Shown here one piece after another: positions 36,951-47,908 of a DNA stretch of 64,000 nt; positions within the stretch are counted from its first letter, which is position 1; each line of letters starts with the position of its first letter. The DNA comes from Armatimonadota bacterium (GTDB lineage: Bacteria > Armatimonadota > SYMT01), in NCBI GenBank assembly GCA_041690135.1, contig JAWLHY010000001.1:608001-672000 (forward strand), in the 5' to 3' direction. A program made the position numbers and the translations under genes. Below the pieces are notes generated by a model. The model had not been told where the DNA came from, made no database searches, and was given only the letters and a program-made list of their open reading frames with translations.

Positions 36951-37973
36951 ATGCGGAAACTGAAGCGGATCGAGGAGCAGGTGGCCGTGGTGATGGGCGC
37001 CTCGAGCGGCATCGGGAGAGAGACGGCTCTCCGGTTGACCGCCCGGGGCGCCCGGGTGGTTGTCGCTGCACGGACCGAAAGTGCCCTGGCCTCGCTGGTG
37101 GCCGAGATCCGAGCAAACCGCGGAACGGCGGAGTACCTCGTGGCGGATACTACCGACATCGATCAGGTAAAGTCGGTGGCCCGGTATGCCGTGGAGCGGT
37201 ACGATCGCCTCGACACCTGGGTGCAGGCGGCCGGCGTGGCGATGTGGTCCCGGTTTGAGGAGACGCGGCCGGAGGAGTGGAGCCGCATCATCGATGTTAA
37301 CCTGAACGGAGCCGCATACGGGGCCATGGCGGCGCTCCCGCACCTGCGTAATGCGGGCGGGGGGGCGCTGATCCTCATCTCCTCCGTGGAAGGCCGCGTC
37401 GCCGTGCCGCTCCAGGCCGCCTATGCCGCTTCCAAGCACGGGGTAAACGCCCTCGCGCGCGTGCTGCGGATGGAACTGGAGGCGGAGAAGAGTCCGATCC
37501 GGGTCACCGAGATCCTACCCTCGAGCATGAATACGCCGCTCTTCGAGAAGTCGCGGACGCGGATCGGGGTCCAGCCGCATCCGCTTCCGTTCATCTACGA
37601 TCCCCGTCTGGTGGTGGACGCCATTCTCTACGCAGCCGAAAACGCCCCGCCGGAGATCATCGTGGGCGGCAGCGGAAACCTGTTCGTCCAGGGAGAACGG
37701 TGGGCGCCCCGGTTGACGGAGACGACCCTGGCGCTCCTCGGGAGGGTGATGCAGCGCACGCGGGAGCCGAAGAGCGACACGGCGCCGGACAACCTGTTCG
37801 ACCCGCTTCCGGATGCCATTTGCAACCGGACGGATGGCGGGTTCGAGCGGGAGACCCGTTCCACCAGTGCTACTACCTGGCTGCGGACGCATCCGCGGGC
37901 GCGGAACCTGCTGGCGGCGGGAGTGGTGGGCACGGCGGCCCTGGCGCTCTTCCGGCGACGGGAGCGCTCCTGA
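36951..37973 (+). CDS. SDR family oxidoreductase
   Basis: GASSGIG, YAASK; C-terminal hydrophobic tail. Confidence 0.93.
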   Translation: MRKLKRIEEQVAVVMGASSGIGRETALRLTARGARVVVAARTESALASLVAEIRANRGTAEYLVADTTDIDQVKSVARYAVERYDRLDTWVQAAGVAMWSRFEETRPEEWSRIIDVNLNGAAYGAMAALPHLRNAGGGALILISSVEGRVAVPLQAAYAASKHGVNALARVLRMELEAEKSPIRVTEILPSSMNTPLFEKSRTRIGVQPHPLPFIYDPRLVVDAILYAAENAPPEIIVGGSGNLFVQGERWAPRLTETTLALLGRVMQRTREPKSDTAPDNLFDPLPDAICNRTDGGFERETRSTSATTWLRTHPRARNLLAAGVVGTAALALFRRRERS

Positions 37974-37979
37974 CCCGGG

Positions 37980-38207
37980 TTAACGGCGGAAGTTCTGGAT
38001 CCAGAGCCCCAGGAACAACGGCGCTAACCCCAGGTAGGCACCCACGACGAGGGCGATGAGGAGGTACCACACCCAGCGGCCACGGAGAGGGAACAGCCAC
38101 TCGAGACGCTTGGGGACGCCGGGCTCGCGGCAGCTCAGCAGCGCGATGAGTGCCGCCGCGATGATGATATCCGCCAGGATGAAACCAACTCCCCAGGTCC
38201 AGAGCAT
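37980..38207 (-). CDS. Small two-TM membrane protein
   Basis: Two hydrophobic segments; fills the gap between genes. Confidence 0.5.
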   Translation of the reverse strand: MLWTWGVGFILADIIIAAALIALLSCREPGVPKRLEWLFPLRGRWVWYLLIALVVGAYLGLAPLFLGLWIQNFRR

Positions 38208-38708
38208 GGGCAGCAGTACCCTTTTTCACTACGGGGAACTATAGGACAGGTAAGGCTGAAGGGTGCATCCGGCAAGTAGAGTGCGGATATCCGAGTGCGG
38301 TATCGCAGCCACCATGAAAGTGTTTCGGGCCACCGACGTGCCTTGCGAGACGGGGGCGGTAGGGAATGTGACGCCGTTCCATTCCGCAGATACTGTTGCT
38401 GAACATGTTGGGCCAAACCGGACCCTTCCTGACACAGGACGGTTACGAGTGGGCAGGACGGGATCAGCCCCACGACCGCGGAACGCTGCGGCGAGACGTT
38501 CCCTACAGTTACCACTTTCACAGGCTCGCCCAACGGGACCCGAACCACTTCGCCGGACGTGTTCCGGCGAAGTGACAATCTGACTACTACTTGCCGGATG
38601 CACCACTTAGCGTCGCACGCACGAGCGATTGCTCGCGACCGGAGCCCACCACGGAATAGAATTCCGCGGCTGCTGCAAAGTGAAACCCCTTTGGGGTTAG
38701 CGTGGGAA

Positions 38709-39698
38709 TCAGGCCTTGCCCGGGCCGCGGTAGGCTCGGCCGAACGGAAGACAGAACGGTTCCTCGAAGGGCCGGAACGGAACCAAGGCGGCGATTTCGC
38801 GCAGGCGGTCGAGGAGGTCCGGTGGGAGCGGCCCACGGGCCGCGGCATCCAGGTTGGCTTCCACTTCGGCCGGGTTGCGCGCGCCGGTGAGCACTGTGTT
38901 CCCGCGCGGATCGGAAAGGGCGAAGCGCAGCGCCAGCTCCGGCAGCGGGATCCCGCCTTCGTCCACCAGCCGGTAAAGCGCCCGGAATTGCTCCCGCCGC
39001 GGCGGGCTGAGCCAGGGAGCGCCGGTCTCGATCTCCGCGTCATAGCGCCGGGCCAGCGCGCCCTGCTGGAGCGGTGAGCCCAGCATTACACCCATGCGCT
39101 GCCGCTCCGCCTCCGGTAGGACGACAATCTCCGCCTCGCGCCACAGGAGGCTGTAATTGAACGCGGTGAGCACCACGTCGAAGGCGCCGGTCGCCATGAT
39201 CCGGGGGAGCTCGTAAACGGTGGTCCCACCCAGCCCGGAGAACCGCACCAGTCCTTCCTGTTTCAACTCCTCTATCAACTCGCGCGCGGGACCGTGGAAG
39301 CCTTCCCCATCGTCCCACCAGTCGTACTGGCCCGGGCGGTCGGGCTCGTGGATCAGCAGCAGGTCGATCCGGTCGCGCCGCAGCAGCCGCAGGCTCTCCT
39401 CGACCGACTTCCGGAGGGCCGGCTTGTCTTTCGGATCGAACGGCTGGGGCCGGCCGCCGAGCTTGGTGGAGATGAGCACCTCGGAGCCGCCGCCGGTCGA
39501 GGCCAGCGCCTGCCCCAGCACCTCTTCGCTGTCGTAGTACCCCGGCGCCGTATCGAAGAGGTTGACACCGAGATCGACGGCCCGGTGGATGGCCGCCACG
39601 CCAGCCTCCCGCTCCGCCGCAAACCGGGAGATGAACAGCCCGCCGAGGGAGATCTCGCTCACGTGAAGGCCGGTGCGGCCGAGGGTTCGGTACTTCAT
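38709..39698 (-). CDS. Aldo/keto reductase
   Basis: YRTLGRTGLHVS, FDTAPGY, SLRLLRRDRIDLLLIH. Confidence 0.95.
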   Translation of the reverse strand: MKYRTLGRTGLHVSEISLGGLFISRFAAEREAGVAAIHRAVDLGVNLFDTAPGYYDSEEVLGQALASTGGGSEVLISTKLGGRPQPFDPKDKPALRKSVEESLRLLRRDRIDLLLIHEPDRPGQYDWWDDGEGFHGPARELIEELKQEGLVRFSGLGGTTVYELPRIMATGAFDVVLTAFNYSLLWREAEIVVLPEAERQRMGVMLGSPLQQGALARRYDAEIETGAPWLSPPRREQFRALYRLVDEGGIPLPELALRFALSDPRGNTVLTGARNPAEVEANLDAAARGPLPPDLLDRLREIAALVPFRPFEEPFCLPFGRAYRGPGKA

Positions 39699-39793
39699 CC
39701 TATTCCTTTTCCCGCAGGAATCCGCGCGCGGGTCGGCGGAAACCTAATGTCTACCGAATGAAGGAACTGCCAAGAAACAACCGCTACGGCTGG

Positions 39794-39840
39794 GCGAGTA
39801 AACTCACGCCTACAAACGGCTAAGCCGACCTCCGTCGGCT
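39794..39840. repeat. Two-hairpin REP-like element, family C
   Basis: GCGAGT-aa-ACTCAC and AGCCGAC-ctcc-GTCGGCT. Confidence 0.55.
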
Positions 39841-39986
39841 AGGAACAACGTAGTGGTTACCCATAGCCAGGTCCAACGGGGTGGGGTGAACCAGATGCCG
39901 GCGTGCGGCGCAGGGGTCACTTCGCCGTCGCGAACCTGTTGCCCTGTTCAGCCGTTATTCTCCTGGAGAGACCCGAGCGAACCGGA

Positions 39987-40952
39987 ATGAAGCGACCCGC
40001 CTCCCAGCAGAACTCCCATTCAACCCGTTTCCACCGGTGCCCCAGTTGTCGCTACTGGGTGACCCCGGCGGACCCGCACTGCGCCAACTGCGGACGCGTG
40101 CACCCGTTCCCGCGGGCGGCGGATGCATGGCGCGGCCTGGCGGAAGGCTTTGTGGGAGGTGGCCTTCTACTCGCATTCTTTGCCGCGATGGTAGGGGTAT
40201 CGAGTGGGGAACTCGCAGTCCCCTTCATGTTCGGGGCGATTGTGGGAGCGCCGGTGGGGGTTGCGCTGGATGCGGCCTATGCCGATGCCAAACGGAATAG
40301 GGACTGCCTGCAGCAGTACGAGCGGACGATCAAGCTCCGCTTGAAGGAGATCGACCGCGTTCTGAACCGGATCGAGACGATTCGTAAACGCTTGGGCCCG
40401 ACGCCCGCTCCGGAACTGCGCAAGGTGGCGGAGGCGCTCGATGCCGCCGAGCGGATCTATCCCGCCCACCGGGACCGCTACCGGATCAAGCTGTTCGAGA
40501 TCGACTTGGTCCGCTGGATGAATGCCGTGGAGCCCTACGGCTACGGTGGGGAGGGCCTGTCCTTTGAAGGGTGCGAGCGCCGGTTGACGGACCTGGCAAC
40601 CCTGCAGCAGCGCGGGGAGGATCTGCGGAGCAGCCTGAGCCAGTCGGGAATCGCCGCCGAGGTCCGGATCCCGTTCGCCGCCCGGTTGGAACAGGGGTTG
40701 GCCCTGTGCGAGCGGTTCCGGCAGAGCCTGATCACCCGGCAGACGCTGACCGTGGTGGCCGGCGCCAGTGCCGTGCGGGAAGACGCCGCTCTTGCCGGAA
40801 CCCCACCCGTGGAGGACCGCCTGAACGATATGGGCGCCCGGGCCGAGATCGGCCAGTTTGCCCAGGGGCTTTCGACGTTGGAAGCGGAGCATGCCCGGAT
40901 CGAGGCGGAGTTGGAGGTTTCACAATTAACCCTCGGTGCGGGGAGAGGGTAA
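39987..40952 (+). CDS. Hypothetical protein: zinc ribbon, two TM segments, coiled coil
   Basis: CPSC...CANC, hydrophobic hairpin, heptad-rich C-terminus. Confidence 0.7.
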   Translation: MKRPASQQNSHSTRFHRCPSCRYWVTPADPHCANCGRVHPFPRAADAWRGLAEGFVGGGLLLAFFAAMVGVSSGELAVPFMFGAIVGAPVGVALDAAYADAKRNRDCLQQYERTIKLRLKEIDRVLNRIETIRKRLGPTPAPELRKVAEALDAAERIYPAHRDRYRIKLFEIDLVRWMNAVEPYGYGGEGLSFEGCERRLTDLATLQQRGEDLRSSLSQSGIAAEVRIPFAARLEQGLALCERFRQSLITRQTLTVVAGASAVREDAALAGTPPVEDRLNDMGARAEIGQFAQGLSTLEAEHARIEAELEVSQLTLGAGRG

Positions 40953-41010
40953 AAAGAAGAAACCGGGAGCCTGGATGTGCTCTCCCATTCGTCTGGGAGT
41001 CACACGTTTT

Positions 41011-42426
41011 ATGGCACACAGCACACAGGTCATTCCACATTTCCACCGCGGCGGCATGCTGCGTCGCGAGCTTCTCCAAGTCGGCATGCTGGGCGCGATG
41101 GGCGTCTCCATGGCGGGAGTCTTCGGCGCCCGGCCCGCCCGCGCCTCCGCCCTGGGAAAAGGGATCCCCGCCAAGGCCAAAGGGGTGATCCTCATCTGGA
41201 TGCCGGGCGGCCCGCCACAGATGCAGTTCTGGGACCCGAAGCCCGACTCCCCCGCCGAGTGTCGGGGCACGGCGAAACCGATCAAGACCACGGCCGACGG
41301 AATCCAGATCGGCGCCCGGCTGCCGATGACCGCGAAGCAGGGCCACAATTTCGCGCTGATCCGCAGCCTGACGCTGAACGCAGAAGACGACAACCACCTG
41401 TTGGGCGACCAGAAGATCCTTTCCGCGGTCGACAAGACGCCGCCGAACTTCAAGGTCTTCATGAACCGCGACGAGCCTCCTTCGATGGGCTCGGTGATCA
41501 CCTACCACAAGCCAAATACCACGGGCCTGCCCACGGCGGTCCACGTGCCCTACTGTGTGCGGTTTACGAACCAGCCGGTGGTGGGGGAGTGCGCGGGCTG
41601 GCTCGGCAGCAAGTACGACCCGTGGCTCACCGAAGGGGACCCCAACAAGCCGGATTACCGCGTGCCGGACCTGCTTCCGGCGCCCGGGTTCACGGTGGAC
41701 CGCCTCGGCAATCGCCAGAAGCTGCTGCAATCGATCGACTCTTACCGTGCCGACTTGGACCGCGACCTGAGCGTGCGCCAGTTGACCGATGCCCAGAAGC
41801 GGGCCTTCGACGTGACGACTTCCGCGGAGACACGCCTGGCCTTCGACCTGACGCGAGAGCCGGATAAGCTGCGTGAGCGGTACGGCCGCCACATCTGGGG
41901 GCAATCGATGTTGCTGGCGCGGCGCCTGTCGCAGGCGGGCGTGAAGTTCGTCCAGGTGAACCTGGGCGACCACGTGAACTACTGGGACTACCACAACGCC
42001 GAGGACACGAGCATGGACGCGCACTGCCCGCCGTTCGACCGGGCCTTCAGCGCGCTGCTGGAGGACCTGGACCAGCAGGGGATGCTGGACGAGACGCTGG
42101 TCCTCTGTCTCAGCGAGATGGGCCGGAACCCGATACTGGGGCGTTCCGTTGCGGGCGCGGCGGCGAATGCGGCGACGCCGAACGGCCGCAACCACTGGCA
42201 GTGGTGCTGGACCGGCGTGATTGCCGGCGGCGGGGTGCGCGGGGGGACCGTGGTCGGCGAGAGCGACGAATGGGCCGGCTATGTGAAGACGGACGCTATC
42301 TATCCTTCGGACCTGGGCGCCACGGTGTTCCATGCGATGGGGATCGACCCCCACGGCATGGTGAACGACATCCAGGGCCGGCCGGTGTACTTCAACGACG
42401 GCGAGGTGATCGCGGACCTGTTCTGA
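41011..42426 (+). CDS. DUF1501 domain protein
   Basis: RRELL, GGPPQMQFWDPKP, WDYH, EMGRNP, GRNHW. Confidence 0.93.
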   Translation: MAHSTQVIPHFHRGGMLRRELLQVGMLGAMGVSMAGVFGARPARASALGKGIPAKAKGVILIWMPGGPPQMQFWDPKPDSPAECRGTAKPIKTTADGIQIGARLPMTAKQGHNFALIRSLTLNAEDDNHLLGDQKILSAVDKTPPNFKVFMNRDEPPSMGSVITYHKPNTTGLPTAVHVPYCVRFTNQPVVGECAGWLGSKYDPWLTEGDPNKPDYRVPDLLPAPGFTVDRLGNRQKLLQSIDSYRADLDRDLSVRQLTDAQKRAFDVTTSAETRLAFDLTREPDKLRERYGRHIWGQSMLLARRLSQAGVKFVQVNLGDHVNYWDYHNAEDTSMDAHCPPFDRAFSALLEDLDQQGMLDETLVLCLSEMGRNPILGRSVAGAAANAATPNGRNHWQWCWTGVIAGGGVRGGTVVGESDEWAGYVKTDAIYPSDLGATVFHAMGIDPHGMVNDIQGRPVYFNDGEVIADLF

Positions 42427-42432
42427 TCCCCC

Positions 42433-43275
42433 TTAACGCAGCCCCAGCACCCGCAGGGGATCTCGCTCCAGAATTCCATCGATCACCGCGGCGGGCACCT
42501 TCGGCATGGGGGTGCCCTCCACGATGGCGTTGACGCGACGCAGGCCGTCGGCGGTGGCTTCCGGGGTGAAGAACGGGAAGTCGCTGCCGAAGAGCAGCTT
42601 GTCCGCCACGCCGTACTCGACGCAGGTGATCATCCCCTGGTAATACCGCCATGGCCGCCCGTGAAGCGCGCTGATGTCGGAATAGAGGTTCGGGTGCTTC
42701 CGGATCGTGACGGCGCACTCGGCCTCCCAGGGGTGGCCCAGGTGGGCCAGCACCATCTTGAGGTCGGGGAAGCGGATCGCGACCTCGTCGAGTTGGATCG
42801 GCAGGGCGTACTTCAGGTGGGCCTGCTGCGGGAAGGTGGTCGCCTGGTGGATCATTACCGGGATGCCGTGCCGCTCCGCGTACTCGTAGACCGGATAGGC
42901 CGCCGGATCGTTGACGTCGTAGTTCTGGTAGATCGGTCCCAGCTTCAGCCCCGGTAGCCGCAGATCCTCGTGCGCCCGCTCCAACTCCTCACGGGCGCCG
43001 GGCTCCACCGGGTTGACGCTGGCGAACCCGAACCACCGGTCCGGAGCCTGCCGGCAGTAAGCGGCCAGATAGTCGTTGGGGACCACCACGTCGGAGTATG
43101 GCGCGTGGAAGCCCAGGACGATCGCCGCCTCCATCCCCGCCATCGCGGCCGTGTGCCGCTCGGGCGATACGTCCATGATCGCGTCGGTGGCGCCCCAGGC
43201 GCGGCGAGCTGACTCCATGAAGCGCGGGCCGATGTGCTCGCCCACCCGCCAGAGATGTGTGTGACCGTCGACCAT
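42433..43275 (-). CDS. Amidohydrolase family 2 protein
   Basis: DGHTH, GLKLGP, AHLGHP, LFGSDFP. Confidence 0.92.
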   Translation of the reverse strand: MVDGHTHLWRVGEHIGPRFMESARRAWGATDAIMDVSPERHTAAMAGMEAAIVLGFHAPYSDVVVPNDYLAAYCRQAPDRWFGFASVNPVEPGAREELERAHEDLRLPGLKLGPIYQNYDVNDPAAYPVYEYAERHGIPVMIHQATTFPQQAHLKYALPIQLDEVAIRFPDLKMVLAHLGHPWEAECAVTIRKHPNLYSDISALHGRPWRYYQGMITCVEYGVADKLLFGSDFPFFTPEATADGLRRVNAIVEGTPMPKVPAAVIDGILERDPLRVLGLR

Positions 43276-43490
43276 TGAGATTGAATTCCCAGGAGATTGC
43301 CCGCGAGCCTGCCTGTATGGGAACACGCAGCATGAAGCGGAAAGGAAGCCGGACAGGCCGGCCTGCGATAGGGACCAGGGTAAGGGTATCTCGTCTTGAA
43401 TCGGTGCGGGGGCATGACTGCGGTGGGGCGGACGTCTATCCCGTCTCGCCGGGCGGCTCCCAATTTCCGCTGAATTGGAGAACTCACTTC

Positions 43491-44225
43491 ATGTTGAGTG
43501 AAGACCAGAGAACTGCCTACCGGGAGCGAGGGTATGTCACCGTGCCGGGGCTGTTCAGCGAGGCAGAGTTGGCGCCGGTGGACCGCTTCCTCCGCGAGCA
43601 CGAGCACGTGCGGTGGGAGCACAAGAACGACGATCCTCTGCGGGAGGCGCATTACCATTTCCGGCCGATCTACGATCTGTGCACCGCACCGAAACTCCTG
43701 GACGTGATCGAGGCGCTGCTCGGGCCGGACCTCGTCCTGCTCTATTCCCACATCCTGAATAAGGCGCCGGGCGGTCTGCGCGTGGCCTGGCACCAGGACG
43801 GCCCCTACTGGCACCGGGTTGAGCCGAAGATCGCGGTTACGGCCTGGGTTGCGCTGGACGACGCCACCCGGGAGAACGGCTGCATGCGCGTGATCCCCGG
43901 TACCCACCGGGGCCATCGCGACCTGGGGCAGGTGCAAACCGAGACGCCCGACCTCATCCAGGCGCGGCCCTACGAGCTTTCTCCGGCCGTAGTGGACGAA
44001 TCCAGGGCCGAGTACGTCATCATGAAGCGCGGGGACGTTTCCCTCCACGACTCCTATCTGATCCACGGCTCCGAGCCGAACCGGTCGGGGTTCCGGCGGG
44101 CCGCACTGACTATCCGGTATGTGCCTCCATCGACCCGGATCCAGGATCAGCCCGACCGCCGGCAGTACCTGGTGCGCGGTCGGGCCATGGCGAATGGGAA
44201 CGTCTACCATACATTTGGGGTGTGA
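43491..44225 (+). CDS. Phytanoyl-CoA dioxygenase (PhyH) family Fe/2OG enzyme
   Basis: WHQD, WVALDDAT.ENGCM..IPGTH, HGSEPNRS. Confidence 0.92.
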   Translation: MLSEDQRTAYRERGYVTVPGLFSEAELAPVDRFLREHEHVRWEHKNDDPLREAHYHFRPIYDLCTAPKLLDVIEALLGPDLVLLYSHILNKAPGGLRVAWHQDGPYWHRVEPKIAVTAWVALDDATRENGCMRVIPGTHRGHRDLGQVQTETPDLIQARPYELSPAVVDESRAEYVIMKRGDVSLHDSYLIHGSEPNRSGFRRAALTIRYVPPSTRIQDQPDRRQYLVRGRAMANGNVYHTFGV

Positions 44226-44230
44226 GAAGC

Positions 44231-45229
44231 ATGGAATTTGAACTCGAAGTAAGAACTGCGGTGGAAGCGGTGCGGCAGGCGAGCCGCCTGTGCCGGGAAG
44301 TGCGTGCGACGCTGGTGACGGACGAGACGGTGGCGAAGAAGGACAAGTCGCCGGTGACGATTGCGGACTACGGGGCGCAGGCGCTGGTGAGCCTGGTGCT
44401 CGGCAAGGCCTTTCCGCAGGATCCCATCGTGGGCGAGGAGAGCGCGGACGAACTCCGGGAGAACGTGACGATGCGGGAGCGGGTCCTGGCCTGCGCCCAT
44501 TCCCAGCGCACGGACGTGACGGAAGAGCAGGTGCTCGGCGCCATCGACCGCTGCACGCACGCCGGCGGACCCACGGGGCGGTTCTGGACCGTTGACCCCA
44601 TCGATGGGACCAAGGGTTTCTTGCGCAACGAGCAGTATGCCGTGGCGCTGGCGCTGATCGTGGATGGCGAGGTGAAGTTGGGCGTGCTGGGCTGTCCGAA
44701 CCTTTCAGTCTCGAGTGACGGAAGTGGAGAAGCCGGAGCGCTGTTCGTCGCGGTGCGCGGGCAGGGCGCCAGCGTGCAGCCGCTGGAAGGCGGCTCCCCG
44801 GTGCCGGTCCGGGTTAGCGGGCGGACCGAAGCGGGTGAGGCCATCGTCTGCGAGTCGGTCGAGTCAGGCCATTCCTCCCACTCGGACTCGGCGCGGATTG
44901 CGGACTTGCTCGGCATCCGCCAGGCGCCGCGCCGGCTCGATAGCCAGGCGAAATATGCCGTGGTGGGACGCGGAGAGGCGGACATTTACCTTCGCCTGCC
45001 CACCATCGCGGGCTACCAGGAGAAGATCTGGGACCATGCCGCCGGAGCGATCCTCATCGAAGAGGCGGGCGGCACGGTAACGGACGTTCGGGGCAAACCG
45101 CTGGACTTTTCCCAGGGCCGAACTTTGGCGGCCAATACGGGGGTGGTGGCGACTAACGGCCCGCTCCACGCGGAAGTGGTGCGCGTGGTGCAGGAAGTTC
45201 TGGCGCCGAAGTTGTCCGAAGGCGGTTAA
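44231..45229 (+). CDS. 3'(2'),5'-bisphosphate nucleotidase (HAL2/SAL1-like)
   Basis: SPVTIADYGAQA, DPIDGTKGFLR, DSQAKY, EKIWDHAAG. Confidence 0.92.
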   Translation: MEFELEVRTAVEAVRQASRLCREVRATLVTDETVAKKDKSPVTIADYGAQALVSLVLGKAFPQDPIVGEESADELRENVTMRERVLACAHSQRTDVTEEQVLGAIDRCTHAGGPTGRFWTVDPIDGTKGFLRNEQYAVALALIVDGEVKLGVLGCPNLSVSSDGSGEAGALFVAVRGQGASVQPLEGGSPVPVRVSGRTEAGEAIVCESVESGHSSHSDSARIADLLGIRQAPRRLDSQAKYAVVGRGEADIYLRLPTIAGYQEKIWDHAAGAILIEEAGGTVTDVRGKPLDFSQGRTLAANTGVVATNGPLHAEVVRVVQEVLAPKLSEGG

Positions 45230-45244
45230 CGGCGTTTGTTGGTT

Positions 45245-45360
45245 GTGCCCAAGGTGCCCTCACCCCCATGTGCGTTAACTATGGCGGGTGCGGTGCCCAA
45301 AGTGCCCTCACCCCCGCCACCCAGAGGGTGCCCGGCTCTCCCACGCTGCGGGAGAGGGGA
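45245..45360. repeat. Direct repeat plus CCCTCACCC/CTCTCCC-GGGAGAG palindrome (family D)
   Basis: GTGCCCAARGTGCCCTCACCCCC x2 (45245, 45293); hairpin at 45336-45356. Confidence 0.7.
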
Positions 45361-45512
45361 GCCCGTGACCAGAACCTGGTAGTTCCAGCAGTTCGGAAAG
45401 GCCGTTATCAAGGCGGTGTCACTGTAAATTGAGGTTCGGCGGGGCGGGTTCCGATACGTGAGGTCTCGCGTCGGACCGGGCGCACGGCTGCGCCCGCGCT
45501 CCCGGTTTTCGT

Positions 45513-46253
45513 TTACTTCGACAGGTCCTTCACGCGGATCTTGCGGTAGCGGACGAATTGTTTGGTGAAGTCGCCGCCGCCGTGGACCTGGAGGGCGATG
45601 GAGCCGGTGTCGGGGTGGCGCTTCTCCCCGTCCGTGAACTCCATGATCTTGACGTCGTTGATCCAGGTCTGGATGTGGGGCGGGTTGCCGACGATGCGGG
45701 CGCGGAGACGGTTCCATTTGCCCGGCTTCCACAGCTTCTTCCAGCCTTCCGCGGTTACGGGGCAGGGGTAGGGGGCATCGGTCTTCACCTGGATCTGGTC
45801 GGGGGAGTCCAGCAGATCGAAGTTGCGGACGTGGATGCCGCCGGAGAGACCCTCTCCGTAGATGCCCATCAGGTTACCGCCGCCGTGGTAATCGATCATC
45901 GCCTGGTAGGCCTGCCCCTTCTCGTTGCTGCGGAGGAACAGTCCGCTGTCCGGCCCGTAGTCGTTGTTCATTTCCAACTCGACTTCGAAATCGCCGTACT
46001 GGCGATCGGTGAGGACGATACCGCCGTTGGCGGGGATGTCCTGGCAGCCGACGATGGCGCCGTTCTCCACGACCCACTTACCGCCGCTCTTGTTTCCGCT
46101 GGCCCGGCTGTGGCCGGTCTGGCTGCTCACGTGCCAGCCGGTGAGGGTCTTTCCGTCGAAGATGCGCTCGAACTTAGCGCGGGGGGCGGCGGAGGTGGGT
46201 AGGACGAACGGGATGGCGCCGAGCAGAACGAAAGGAAGAATTCTACGGATCAT
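45513..46253 (-). CDS. DUF1080 (3-keto-disaccharide hydrolase) family, secreted
   Basis: IFDGKTLTGW, YGDFEVELE, DSGLFLR, IALQVHGG, VRYRKIRVK. Confidence 0.92.
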   Translation of the reverse strand: MIRRILPFVLLGAIPFVLPTSAAPRAKFERIFDGKTLTGWHVSSQTGHSRASGNKSGGKWVVENGAIVGCQDIPANGGIVLTDRQYGDFEVELEMNNDYGPDSGLFLRSNEKGQAYQAMIDYHGGGNLMGIYGEGLSGGIHVRNFDLLDSPDQIQVKTDAPYPCPVTAEGWKKLWKPGKWNRLRARIVGNPPHIQTWINDVKIMEFTDGEKRHPDTGSIALQVHGGGDFTKQFVRYRKIRVKDLSK

Positions 46254-46533
46254 AGGTTTCTCCGGTGGTGACGCGAGGAACGGAATCGCCGAGGTGCCAG
46301 ACGAAGCGGAAGGGGCCGGCGGGGTCGCGACGCTCACGCGTTCGGCATGAGGCGGTAATTCTCCTGTCGGCCTCGCCCGGCCGGCTGCTTCGAGGATCGA
46401 AGGTGACGGCGCATGGATGCGGTATTGCAGCACCGGGAAGGATTTCGCCCAACAGGCATCCAGGCGGGTATTCTTAACGGGGCAGGCCCGAGGGTAGGGG
46501 CGGCACCCTGTTGATCAAAGTTTCGGAGACTGA

Positions 46534-47364
46534 ATGATGAGGATTGTCTGTGCACTGGACGGCTCCCAGAGCGCGCTCACTGCGGGCCGCATGGTCGCAG
46601 CCCTACCGCTCACGCCGCAAGACGAGGTGATCGTGCTGACGGTGGCCACGCTCCTGGATATGTCGGGAGCCCAGGACGTTTCGGTGGAGGCGATGGAGGG
46701 AACGGCCGCGACGGTAAGGACCGAACAGCGGCAGGGGAACGCGGCGGACCAGATCCTCCGCTTTGCCGCGGAGACCCAGGCCGACCTGATCGTGATGGGG
46801 CATCGCGGGCATTCCGGACTGACCCGCCTGCTGCTGGGAAGCGTGGCCGAGCGGGTGGTCCGCCACGCGGGCTGTTCGGTGCTGATCGCGCGAGACGCCC
46901 GACCGCCGCAGCGGATCGTGCTGGGCACCGACGGATCGGGCGACGCGCGGCGGGCGGCGGAGTGGCTCCGGGATCTCCCCTTGCCCCGGCCGGTCGAGGC
47001 AAGTGTCGTAACGGTGATTCCGTTCACGGAAGACCTGGCCCGGGCCTACCGGATGCAGTTTCCGGCGAACAGTAACGAAGAGCAGATGCAAGCCTGGATC
47101 GATGAAGAGTTCCAGAAGGCGCGCGACCTGGTCAACGCGACGGCCGACCTTCTTAACGCGGGAGGGCTCCAGGCATCCGGAGAGGTCCGCCATGGGGACC
47201 CGGCCCAGGAATTGGTGAGCGCCGCGGAGGAGCATGGGGCGGACCTCCTGGTGATGGGGGCTGCCGGTCTCTCCGCCATGGAGCGGTTTTTCATGGGCAG
47301 CGTTACGGAGAAGGTCGTGCGGCACGCGCACTGTTCCGCGGCGGTCGTGCGGTCATCGGCCTAA
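46534..47364 (+). CDS. Universal stress protein (tandem USP domains)
   Basis: ALDGS, GSVAERVVRHA, GSVTEKVVRHAHCS. Confidence 0.95.
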   Translation: MMRIVCALDGSQSALTAGRMVAALPLTPQDEVIVLTVATLLDMSGAQDVSVEAMEGTAATVRTEQRQGNAADQILRFAAETQADLIVMGHRGHSGLTRLLLGSVAERVVRHAGCSVLIARDARPPQRIVLGTDGSGDARRAAEWLRDLPLPRPVEASVVTVIPFTEDLARAYRMQFPANSNEEQMQAWIDEEFQKARDLVNATADLLNAGGLQASGEVRHGDPAQELVSAAEEHGADLLVMGAAGLSAMERFFMGSVTEKVVRHAHCSAAVVRSSA

Positions 47365-47590
47365 TGGGTCAGTGATCCCACGGAAACTTGAGGCCGGGCT
47401 GTTGGGCGTAGCGCTTCATCTTCAGGACGAGGCGCTCGCCGCAGCTCGGGGCGAGCCTGACCTCGAATGAGGTGGCCCTGACCGGAAAGCTGCGCTCACC
47501 GGCTTGAACCTGCGTGAGACGTCCCGGTGAACCTCTGGGTAAAGTGGCCTGGGGCCGCTTGTACCAGGGCGGGGAAAGGCAGCGGGAAGA

Positions 47591-47908
47591 ATGGGGGAGC
47601 TAGACCGGATTCACCATGTGGCGATCGCCGTTTCGGATATCGGAGCTTCGGTAGAGTGGTATCGTCAGCACTTCCGTTGCGAGGTTGCCTACCGTGACGA
47701 CACGTGGGCCCTGCTGCGCTTCGCCAATGCGAGCCTGGCGCTTGTCCTTCCAGAGCAGCACCCGCCGCACCTGGGGTTCGTCCATCCCGAAGCAGAGCGT
47801 TTCGGTCCGCTGAAGCCGCACCGGGATGGCACCGCCTCCGTCTACCTGCGAGACCCGGATGGAAACAACGTGGAGATACTCGCCCCGCACCCCTCGTTGG
47901 AGGAATGA
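47591..47908 (+). CDS. VOC/glyoxalase family protein
   Basis: IHHVAIAVSDI, YLRDPDGNNVEI. Confidence 0.9.
   Translation: MGELDRIHHVAIAVSDIGASVEWYRQHFRCEVAYRDDTWALLRFANASLALVLPEQHPPHLGFVHPEAERFGPLKPHRDGTASVYLRDPDGNNVEILAPHPSLEE

Noticed and set aside
38229-38700. Short ORFs 38263-38583 (+) and 38229-38606 (-)
   Set aside because: No convincing RBS, motif or codon bias; possibly a decayed fragment
18360-42426. DUF1501 and DUF1549/DUF1553 genes as one novel cluster
   Set aside because: They are dispersed, and these are known highly paralogous families in such lineages
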